Source: Parcubacteria group bacterium
Lineage (GTDB): Bacteria > Patescibacteriota > Minisyncoccia > 2-02-FULL-40-12
Reading direction: 5' to 3'
DNA length: 64,000 nucleotides
Assembly (NCBI GenBank): GCA_016186395.1
Contig: JACPLU010000003.1
Span: forward strand, 11,883-75,882
Shown: positions 46,937 to 54,831 of the stretch, piece after piece
Layout: the number at the start of each line of letters is the position of its first letter
Numbering within the stretch: the stretch's first letter is position 1
Made by a program: the position numbers and the translations under genes
The notes under the pieces: generated by a model
What the model was told of the DNA's origin: nothing
The model's input: the letters and a program-made list of their open reading frames with translations, nothing else
Databases searched by the model: none

Positions 46937-47500
46937 GTGGTAGCTTTGGGAAAGATATTTTTAGTTAGGCACGGTCAGTGTACGGATAATGCCGCGGGTA
47001 TTTTAAATGGGCTTAGAGATTCGGAGCTTACCAGGCGGGGCAAGAAGCAGGCTTATTTGGTAGCCCAAAATCTAAAAGATAAAAATATTCGGTTTATTTT
47101 CAGCTCGTGGTTGAAAAGGCATACACAAACAGCTGGAATTATTGGCAAGGTGCTTGGCATAGATCGAATTGATATTTCTAATCTTTTAGTTGAAAGAGAC
47201 ATGGGAATACTTACCGGTCAGCTCTATAAAGTGATTCCTGTATTAGCAACAGAATTAGTATATTGGGACAGAATTAACTATTTTATTAAAGCACCAGACG
47301 CTGAAGAGTTCCCAGATGTTTTAGAAAGAGCAAGAAAAGTTCTTAGGGAAATTAAGATCCAATTTAGCTCGTTTAATTTAGTAATTGTCACTTCTGGAGA
47401 TATGATGAAAATGCTTAGAGCAGAACATTTTGGTTGGGACTGGGAAAGAGGACTAAAAACTCCATTTATTGATAATTGTGGTGTTATTGAGTTGTCGTAG
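46937..47500 (+). CDS. Histidine phosphatase family protein (phosphoglycerate mutase-like)
   Basis: FLVRHGQCTDN is the RHG catalytic motif. Confidence 0.75.
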   Translation: MVALGKIFLVRHGQCTDNAAGILNGLRDSELTRRGKKQAYLVAQNLKDKNIRFIFSSWLKRHTQTAGIIGKVLGIDRIDISNLLVERDMGILTGQLYKVIPVLATELVYWDRINYFIKAPDAEEFPDVLERARKVLREIKIQFSSFNLVIVTSGDMMKMLRAEHFGWDWERGLKTPFIDNCGVIELS

Positions 47501-47502
47501 GA

Positions 47503-47880
47503 ATGAAGTTTCTTACTTCAACTTTTCCTTTTATCTTTCTGGCGGTCATGTACTTATTTGGGTTTTTTTCAATTCTGGGTGTCGTTTTTAATAAGTATCC
47601 TTTGCGGAATAGGCCTAAAGAAAAAGTCGAGTTGGTACTAACCAGAGAAGAAAAAGGGTTCATACTAAAATATTTTTCGATTTCTTTTATCGCCTTTCTA
47701 ATTTATACTTCCATTGGTTGGATCAAGGACTATGATAGTAACAAAATGCAAGATTGGTTGAGATTTTTGGTTGTTCTTTCTATGGTTGTAGGAGCGGGTT
47801 GTTTTTTGAAGGTTATATTCTATCTTAGGACAATAATTTATCTATTTCTACGAAATAGATACCCACCGGACGAATTTTAA
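47503..47880 (+). CDS. Hypothetical membrane protein
   Basis: 125-aa ORF with about 4 hydrophobic segments. Confidence 0.35.
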   Translation: MKFLTSTFPFIFLAVMYLFGFFSILGVVFNKYPLRNRPKEKVELVLTREEKGFILKYFSISFIAFLIYTSIGWIKDYDSNKMQDWLRFLVVLSMVVGAGCFLKVIFYLRTIIYLFLRNRYPPDEF

Positions 47881-47941
47881 CTTTTAACATGCCAGATTAT
47901 TATCTGGTTTTTCTTTTTAATTTTTGTGTTAAAATCAACTC

Positions 47942-49243
47942 ATGTTTAAAGAGATTAGAATAGTTGAGAATATGTTAAGGTTTATTAGAGGTTTAATTCC
48001 GCGACGGGTATTTAGGTTTTTTCAACCTTGGTATCACGGCACTCTTTCTTTACTAGGATCATACTTTTATGGCCAGCCATCAAAAAAAATAAAGGTTATT
48101 GGGGTTACTGGCACTAAAGGAAAATCAACCACTGTTTTTTTAATATCTAAACTTTTAGGTGAAGCTGGTAAATCCGTAGCAGCCATCGGTTCCTTGGGTT
48201 ATAGAATTAAAGATAGGCAATGGCCTAATGAATTAAAAATGACTATGCCAGGGAGATGGAAACTACAAAAGTTTTTATATGAGGCGGTAAAAGAAAAGTG
48301 TGAATATGTGGTACTTGAAGTTACTTCTGAAGGATTGGCTCAAAATAGACATTGGGGCGTTAAATTTGACTGTGCGGTATTTACGAATTTATCCAAGGAA
48401 CATCTTGAAAGCCATGGCTCATTTAGCAAATATTATCAAGCTAAACAAAGATTATTTGAAAAAACGAAAAATATACACGTTCTAAATGCAGACGATTCAC
48501 ATATTGAGCTTTTCTCAAAATTTGAATCCAGTAAAAAGATCTTTTATGGCATAAATCATGGGGATATGAAAGCTGTAGATACCAATGTTTTATCAGATAG
48601 AGTTGAATTTGAAATATATGGTACGAAGTTCAATATCAATTTGGGGGGTGAATTTAATATTTATAATTGTTTAGCCGCTCTATCCTGTGTAGCAATGTAT
48701 GGGATGGATTTACCACAGAGTAAAGCAATTCTCGAAAAAGTAACAAACATTTCAGGCCGCATGGAATTTGTGCACAAAAATCCAGACGTGATTGTTGATT
48801 ATGCCCATACTCCGGATTCGTTGGAGAAAGTTTATAAAACCTTTCGGGAGGATACAAGATTCAAGATTCAAGGTTCAAGACTAATTTGTGTACTCGGTGC
48901 GGCTGGCGGGGGACGCGATAAATGGAAAAGGCCGGAATTCGGGAAAATTGCTGAAAAATATTGTGACGAAATTATCCTTACTAACGAAGACCCTTTTGAT
49001 GAAGATCCTTATCAGATTTTATCTGAAATAAAATCCGGAATTTTAACTCCCAGAATTCAAAGTTCAAATTTTTACGAAATCCTTGACCGTAAAGAGGCAA
49101 TTAAACAGGCCTTGACCTTAGCTGGAGAAAATGATACTGTTATTATTACAGGTAAAGGATCAGAGACTTCTATTGCTGTTTCAAATGGCAAGAAAGTCCC
49201 CTGGTCTGACAAGAAGATTATTTTAGAACTTTTAAAAAAATAG
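47942..49243 (+). CDS. murE: Mur ligase family protein, MurE-like
   Basis: VIGVTGTKGKSTT P-loop and the DYAHTPDSLEKV motif, which is characteristic of MurE. Confidence 0.7.
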   Translation: MFKEIRIVENMLRFIRGLIPRRVFRFFQPWYHGTLSLLGSYFYGQPSKKIKVIGVTGTKGKSTTVFLISKLLGEAGKSVAAIGSLGYRIKDRQWPNELKMTMPGRWKLQKFLYEAVKEKCEYVVLEVTSEGLAQNRHWGVKFDCAVFTNLSKEHLESHGSFSKYYQAKQRLFEKTKNIHVLNADDSHIELFSKFESSKKIFYGINHGDMKAVDTNVLSDRVEFEIYGTKFNINLGGEFNIYNCLAALSCVAMYGMDLPQSKAILEKVTNISGRMEFVHKNPDVIVDYAHTPDSLEKVYKTFREDTRFKIQGSRLICVLGAAGGGRDKWKRPEFGKIAEKYCDEIILTNEDPFDEDPYQILSEIKSGILTPRIQSSNFYEILDRKEAIKQALTLAGENDTVIITGKGSETSIAVSNGKKVPWSDKKIILELLKK

Positions 49244-49253
49244 GGAGGTAAAA

Positions 49254-49955
49254 ATGCTAAAGAATGTAAGTACTTTTTTAGATTCTGATTCTAGGGCAAA
49301 AGTTGTGACTGACGAAACAGTGGATACTGACTTTGATCAGTATATCGACGAGTTAGCAACTAAAAATCAAGCCAGATTAACTAAACCAGAGTTGTTAGAA
49401 CAAAAATTAGCATTATTATGTTATTCGTCGTTATCTGAAAAAACAAAAAAGAGAATTGAAGAAATTAGATTTAGAGCTAAGAATATTTTTTTCCATTTTT
49501 GTAAAAAGCAAGAAAAACTGGATATAGAATATGTATTGAAATTAAGTGATCAAGAAAAAAATATGCTTGCTAATAACTTTTTTGTTAAGGCAGGATTAGT
49601 ATCTAAACAGCTAGCCAATATTCTGGTGGGTTCGTTAGTAGTTTTGTTACTCGTCTCTCCTTTTATTGGTCAGTGGTTTTTGTACATATGGTATCAAAAT
49701 CAATTAAACCATCTTACTTTTGGGAGTATCGATTACTTGTCCAGAAAGCCTGATTTCGTAATCTTTTTTGCACGAAGCTCATTTTTTTTATTTTTAGGCA
49801 TGGGGCTTTCTGTGTGGATCATCTTTATTCAAGTATTCGTCCGGTGCCGTATCTTTAGTCTCCTTTGGTATCGTAAATATATGAAAAAACTGCATAGTTA
49901 TGGGATTGAACTTTTTGGAGAAACAGGAGAAATTAAGTCAACCGGAATTCAGTGA
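49254..49955 (+). CDS. Hypothetical membrane protein
   Basis: 233-aa ORF with RBS gggaggtaaaa upstream; hydrophobic C-terminal half. Confidence 0.4.
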   Translation: MLKNVSTFLDSDSRAKVVTDETVDTDFDQYIDELATKNQARLTKPELLEQKLALLCYSSLSEKTKKRIEEIRFRAKNIFFHFCKKQEKLDIEYVLKLSDQEKNMLANNFFVKAGLVSKQLANILVGSLVVLLLVSPFIGQWFLYIWYQNQLNHLTFGSIDYLSRKPDFVIFFARSSFFLFLGMGLSVWIIFIQVFVRCRIFSLLWYRKYMKKLHSYGIELFGETGEIKSTGIQ

Positions 49956-50014
49956 TTCTTTTTTGAATCACCAGAGGTCTTGAAGGCCTCTTTTTAAATT
50001 GCTAAAGTAAAAAT

Positions 50015-50497
50015 ATGTCTCTTAATCCTGTAAAACTTATTAAGAAGGAGCCGGTAAAGAAATTTGAGATAATTGAAGAATCTCCTAATTTAAAGATTAA
50101 GGTTTTTGGCAGATCGCCAAGAGAAATTTTTCACAACGCTCTTTACACTATGGCTTACATCCAAAGTCCTTCTCTTATTGAACCATCTACAGTCGATAAA
50201 CTCATAAGCGCGTTTAGAGGCAAGAAATTAGCTGAAGAAATAGTCATTGACGGTATGGATTATCAGACTCTACTTATTGATTTTCTTGAGCAAGCCTTGG
50301 AGCTTTCCGACGAAAAAAACTTTTTATTTTTTGAGCCGAAATTTAATGAGTTCTCTGAACAAAAATTAGTAGGCAGACTAATTGGGGTAAAATTTGAGAA
50401 TCTTGAAAGGCCAATTAAAGATATCAATTATGAAAATATAGACGTAAAAGAAGTAGAGCCAGGGAAATGGGAAGCGATAATTGTTTTTGAACTTTAA
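50015..50497 (+). CDS. Hypothetical protein, possibly archease-like
   Basis: FEIIEESPNLKIKVFGRSPREIFHNALYTMAY loosely resembles the archease N-terminus (YE.LDHTADVGI...G.SLEE.F.NAA.AM). Confidence 0.3.
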   Translation: MSLNPVKLIKKEPVKKFEIIEESPNLKIKVFGRSPREIFHNALYTMAYIQSPSLIEPSTVDKLISAFRGKKLAEEIVIDGMDYQTLLIDFLEQALELSDEKNFLFFEPKFNEFSEQKLVGRLIGVKFENLERPIKDINYENIDVKEVEPGKWEAIIVFEL

Positions 50498-50499
50498 TT

Positions 50500-50922
50500 A
50501 TGGTCGAAATTCATCGGGGTCATCAGCATTATTTGTGGTTTTTAATTGCAATTCTTCTTCTGGTTTTTGCAGGAGCAATCTTTTTGTTCCAAAACGGAGA
50601 ATCTATTGGAGTAAGTGACCCATTTCCGACGTCAACTATTAAATTAGGAAGAACGTATACTGTATATTATAATAATGGAGTCTTTAGCCCGACTATTTTA
50701 CAAGTTAAGGTAAATGACACTATCCGATTTAAAAACGAGAGCGATAAATTAATTTATATAATTTCGGATTCTCATCCGGATCATAATCTTTTCGCAGAGT
50801 TAGACAGTAAAGGATCAATTAAAAAAGGTGATAGTTGGGTGTTTGTTTTCAATAAAAAGGGTATCTGGGGTTATCATAATGAAAAAAGTCCTGAAGAGGG
50901 TGGAACAATAATAGTAAAATAA
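50500..50922 (+). CDS. Hypothetical membrane-anchored protein
   Basis: 140-aa ORF with one N-terminal TM helix. Confidence 0.4.
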   Translation: MVEIHRGHQHYLWFLIAILLLVFAGAIFLFQNGESIGVSDPFPTSTIKLGRTYTVYYNNGVFSPTILQVKVNDTIRFKNESDKLIYIISDSHPDHNLFAELDSKGSIKKGDSWVFVFNKKGIWGYHNEKSPEEGGTIIVK

Positions 50923-50959
50923 GTTTTTGTCTACTATTCGTCCAGGGCGGAGAGTAGAT

Positions 50960-51095
50960 CACAAAATCTTACCTAGCTCTTTCACGCGTGAGCTTCTCAT
51001 TGTAAATGGGAGCTAAAAACGAAGTGGCCACTAGCATTAGAGGTACTTCAATCTAAGTGAAGTTCACGGGAGAAAGAGCTGGGTGCTGAATTCTG
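50960..51095 (+). ncRNA. Candidate structured ncRNA (long imperfect hairpin) in a 380-bp gene-free gap
   Basis: agctctttcacgcgtgagcttc ... gaagttcacgggagaaagagct forms a closing helix of about 110 nt with internal helices. Local GC is higher than the surroundings. No match to RNase P, tmRNA or SRP cores could be confirmed. Confidence 0.2.
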
Positions 51096-51305
51096 TAGCT
51101 ACGCGCTACGCTTGTAGACATAATTCGCATGCGTAATCCGCTAACGATAAAAATTGAGTCTTGGTTTGGGGTTTTTTTATTAATTTCCGCGATGATTTTT
51201 GTTTTGATTACTACATTTTCAGCAGTGGCTAATTTTGAAGATGAAATAAGTGGTTTATCTGCTCAGCAGTTAGAAAGGAGTCAATAATCTCTTTATCTAT
51301 AAACT

Positions 51306-52127
51306 ATGCATTGGAAAAACTTTTTTAAAGAGTTAATTCTTTTTTTGGCAGTTCAACTGCTTGGGATTTGGGTGTCGTATAGTTTCGTATCTTATCTTCC
51401 TTCTGAAAATCTTTCTAAGGTTGAATTTAATTTTGGTTTTGGTGACCTAATTGTATTTGTTATTATTATCGGAGCTTTTGTTTTGATAGGTCGCCATTCT
51501 CCTTTAAGAAGAGCTATTTTATATAAAACCTTTTTTGCGATTATTTTATTTGTAGGTGTTCAGACGGTTTTAGCTCTGTGGTTGAATGTTTCTTTATCAA
51601 CTATCCTGTCAATTTTATTAATCTACGCACTTTTTAAAACCAAGAAAGTCTGGATACATAATCTGGCTGTTGTTTTAGCGCTTGCCGGAATCGGTGGAAC
51701 ATTTGGAGCATCTTTAACGCCTCTAAATGCCGTGTTTATTTTAGTAATTTTATCCTTTTATGACATAGTCGCAGTTTATAAAACTAAGCACATGGTACAG
51801 ATGGCTGAAGATATGATTAGGTCCAGAGCTATTTTTGGCGTTGTTTTGCCATCTGGGCGTGGGTGGTTTGAATCCTTGGAAAATGTTAAACCTGGTGGTC
51901 AATTCATGATTTTGGGTTCTGGAGACATTGCTCTGCCTTTAATTTTAATAGCTTCAATCGTAAGAACTAATATTTTTCATTCATTTTTAGTTCTAGCTTT
52001 TTCAATGGCCGGGCTTTTAATTACACACATACTTTTTGTTAGACAAAAAGAAAGAAAACCTATGGCTGCATTACCTCCAATCGCAACCATGTCGATTGTC
52101 GGCTATCTTGTTTCAACTTTAATTTAG
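51306..52127 (+). CDS. Presenilin/signal-peptide-peptidase-like intramembrane aspartyl protease (A22 family homolog)
   Basis: Multi-TM protein with LSFYDIVAV (YD motif) and LGSGDIALP (GxGD motif) in adjacent TM helices. Confidence 0.6.
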   Translation: MHWKNFFKELILFLAVQLLGIWVSYSFVSYLPSENLSKVEFNFGFGDLIVFVIIIGAFVLIGRHSPLRRAILYKTFFAIILFVGVQTVLALWLNVSLSTILSILLIYALFKTKKVWIHNLAVVLALAGIGGTFGASLTPLNAVFILVILSFYDIVAVYKTKHMVQMAEDMIRSRAIFGVVLPSGRGWFESLENVKPGGQFMILGSGDIALPLILIASIVRTNIFHSFLVLAFSMAGLLITHILFVRQKERKPMAALPPIATMSIVGYLVSTLI

Positions 52128-52139
52128 AAATAATATTTA

Positions 52140-52206
52140 ACGTCTAATGTCTTAAGACTAAGGTCTATAATCATAAAGAAGCTTTAGACATTAGCCTTTG
52201 GTCTTT
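52140..52206. repeat. Stop-rich hairpin element (variant of the gactaaag family)
   Basis: cgtctaatgtcttaagactaaggtct...ctttagacattagcctttggtctttagtc. Confidence 0.55.
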
Positions 52207-53574
52207 AGTCAAAGAATGCGAATTACCTTTTACGGTGGAGCAAAGCTTGTTACAGGAGCAAATTATTTGTTGGAAGACAAAGATTTTCTTGCTCTTGTTG
52301 ACTGTGGTTTATTCCAAGGTTCTCGTTTTTGTGAGGACTTAAATTACGAACCATTTCCTTATGAGCCCAAAAATATTAAATATGTTTTTATAACTCATAG
52401 TCATATTGATCATACCGGAAGGTTGCCAAAACTTTATAAAGAAGGTTTTAGGGGTAAAGTTTTTTCTACTAGACCCATCCGGGATATTTTAGAACACGCT
52501 TTGCCTGACAGCCTTAATCATCTTAAAAGAGAAGCAGAGGAACAAAATCGGGAACCTATTTATAGTTTTGAAGATGTTGGTTCTGTTATAAAATTGTTTG
52601 AAACTTTTGATTATGATCAAAAAACTGATTTGGGCAATGGAAAATATTTTATACTGCATGACGCCGGACATATATTGGGTTCTAGTATTATTGAATTTGG
52701 CTGGTCTGGCGGACGGATTTTATTTTCTGGTGATTTAGGTAATCCACCGACACCATTACTTAGGCCGACTGAATACATTGAGGGGGTGGATTACGTTGTA
52801 GTTGAATCTGCCTATGGCAATAGAATTCATGAAAATAGAGACGAGAGAAAGGAGATACTAAAAACAACTATCGAAGAAACTATAAAAAGAGGTGGTGTAT
52901 TAATGATTCCTTCTTTTGCAATGGAACGTACTCAAGAGCTTTTGTTTGAACTAAATGAGATGGTGGAGAATAAAAGAATTCCTTTTATCCCAATTTTTAT
53001 AGACAGTCCATTAGCTATCAAATTAACTGAAGTTTATAAAAAACACGAAGCATATTTTAACAAAGAAGCATCCTATTTGATAGATAGTGGTGATGATATA
53101 TTCAAATTTCCGGGACTCTATTTTACATCTTCGGTTGAAGAATCAAAGTCAATAAATGAGGTAAATTCTCCAAAGATTATTATTGCCGGTTCTGGTATGA
53201 GTCAGGGTGGAAGAATTTTACATCATGAAAGGCGATATTTGTCGGATCCTAACAGTACAATTTTATTTGTTGGCTATCAGGCTAAAGGAAGCTTGGGAAG
53301 AAAAATCTTGGATGGGGAAAAAGAAGTTAAAATATTTGGAGAGAGCATACTAATTAAGTGTAAAATAAAGGCTATTGGCGGCTATTCTGCTCATGCCGAT
53401 CAACCGGGTCTTGTACGTTGGGTTAAAAAGGCTTCTATTGGTGAAAAGCTAAAAAAAGTTTTTATTGTACAAGGAGAAGAAATAGCTATGGAAGCGTTGA
53501 GCGAAAAATTGAAGGATGAAATTAGCGGTCTAGAAACTGTTATACCTAGCATTGGGGACGATTTTGATTTATAG
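52198..53574 (+). CDS. beta-CASP family metallo-beta-lactamase ribonuclease (CPSF/RNase J-like), second copy in window
   Basis: HSHIDHTGRLP MBL motif and beta-CASP region, about 450 aa. Confidence 0.8.
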   Translation: MVFSQRMRITFYGGAKLVTGANYLLEDKDFLALVDCGLFQGSRFCEDLNYEPFPYEPKNIKYVFITHSHIDHTGRLPKLYKEGFRGKVFSTRPIRDILEHALPDSLNHLKREAEEQNREPIYSFEDVGSVIKLFETFDYDQKTDLGNGKYFILHDAGHILGSSIIEFGWSGGRILFSGDLGNPPTPLLRPTEYIEGVDYVVVESAYGNRIHENRDERKEILKTTIEETIKRGGVLMIPSFAMERTQELLFELNEMVENKRIPFIPIFIDSPLAIKLTEVYKKHEAYFNKEASYLIDSGDDIFKFPGLYFTSSVEESKSINEVNSPKIIIAGSGMSQGGRILHHERRYLSDPNSTILFVGYQAKGSLGRKILDGEKEVKIFGESILIKCKIKAIGGYSAHADQPGLVRWVKKASIGEKLKKVFIVQGEEIAMEALSEKLKDEISGLETVIPSIGDDFDL

Positions 53575-53613
53575 TATATAGAAATGGGCATGAACTTCGT
53601 TAAAAGACTCGGG

Positions 53614-53700
53614 TCTAGCGTCTAAGGACTAAAGTCTAAAGACTAACGGCTAACGCCAATACCTTTCAGCTTTAGTCCTTAGACATTAAGCTACACATGA
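53614..53700. repeat. Stop-rich hairpin element (CGTCTAAGGACTAAAG family)
   Basis: gcgtctaaggactaaagtctaaagactaacggctaacg...ctttagtccttagacattaagctacacatga. TAA occurs in all three frames. Confidence 0.75.
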
Positions 53701-53836
53701 CCCCGTAGTGAAAATTCGAATGGATTTATCCATGCTATATTTACTAGGGGTTAGAGAGAATTTTAATATAGACTTTCGAATAATTCTTTAAAGAGACGCG
53801 AAAATCATAAAGCATTATTCGAATTTCTACTACGGG

Positions 53837-54541
53837 GTGAAAAAACTTCAAAACGTAAACCTGCCAGCAGCAAAACTTCCAGTTTATAAGGAGACAGAAG
53901 ATTTTAGGTCTTCAATGCACTGGAGGGTTTTTAGAATATTGGCAGAATTCATTGAAGGTTTCGGGTTTATTGCTGACTTTAAAAAGTCGGTCACAATTTT
54001 TGGATCAACTAGAACTTCGGAAGATAATCATTGGTACAAAGAAGCGGAGAAGTTGGGGAAGTCTTTGGCTGAAGAAGGTTTTGCTGTAGTAACCGGAGGA
54101 GGGCCGGGAATTATGGAAGCCGTTAATAAGGGAGCAGCTGAAGGAGATGGAAATTCAGTAGGACTAAATATTCAACTACCCCACGAACAACGTACAAATC
54201 CCTATGTAAATAAACCTAAGGGGTTCCACTATTTTTTTACCCGTAAATTAATGCTTACATATTCTGCTCAAGCTTATGTTTATTTTCCTGGTGGATTTGG
54301 CACTCTTGATGAGTTTTTTGAAATTACAACTCTGATTCAAGAGAAAAAGATTTTTAGTCATATCCCGGTGATTCTGGTGGGTAAAGAGTATTGGTCCCGG
54401 TTAACCGAGTGGATAGACCAGGAACTTTACCAAAAACACAGGACTATAGATAAAGAAGATATGGGAATTTATACTATAGTTGATACGGCTGAAGAAGCTC
54501 TGGCAATAATTAAACAGTCGAAACCCAGGGATGAATTTTAA
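53837..54541 (+). CDS. LOG family protein (cytokinin riboside 5'-monophosphate phosphoribohydrolase-like)
   Basis: VTGGGPGIMEA and PGGFGTLDE motifs. Confidence 0.85.
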   Translation: MKKLQNVNLPAAKLPVYKETEDFRSSMHWRVFRILAEFIEGFGFIADFKKSVTIFGSTRTSEDNHWYKEAEKLGKSLAEEGFAVVTGGGPGIMEAVNKGAAEGDGNSVGLNIQLPHEQRTNPYVNKPKGFHYFFTRKLMLTYSAQAYVYFPGGFGTLDEFFEITTLIQEKKIFSHIPVILVGKEYWSRLTEWIDQELYQKHRTIDKEDMGIYTIVDTAEEALAIIKQSKPRDEF

Positions 54542-54557
54542 TTTTTTAGAATTTTTG

Positions 54558-54741
54558 GTGAATAATACTCTTTTTCTTTCTTCGCCCCCACCTATACAGA
54601 TGGGGGCTCAGGGGTTGAGCCCTTGCGCCACCGCTAAAGCTAAGGCGGCACGCGGTCGCTCTTTCCCAGCTCTTTCTAAAGAAAGAGCTGGGAAAACCAT
54701 GCCCACTACGGGCTCAAAACCCGTTCAAGAGTATTATTCAC
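54558..54741. mobile_element. MITE-like element, copy 2 (184 bp), with perfect 15-bp TIRs
   Basis: gtgaataatactctt / aagagtattattcac. Shares internal blocks with 41369-41517. Contains the extra hairpin cccagctctttctaaagaaagagctggg. ORF 54531-54818 lies within it and is spurious. Confidence 0.65.
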
Positions 54742-54831
54742 CCAGTTTATTTACAGAACCTCCTTTCCATCTTGACTCAGATATTTATCAATTATATAAT
54801 ATATACAAAATTTTGTAATTAAATTTTAAAT

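Noticed and set aside
54531-54818. 95-aa ORF upstream of lon
   Set aside because: It lies entirely within MITE-like element copy 2 and is composed of its hairpins.
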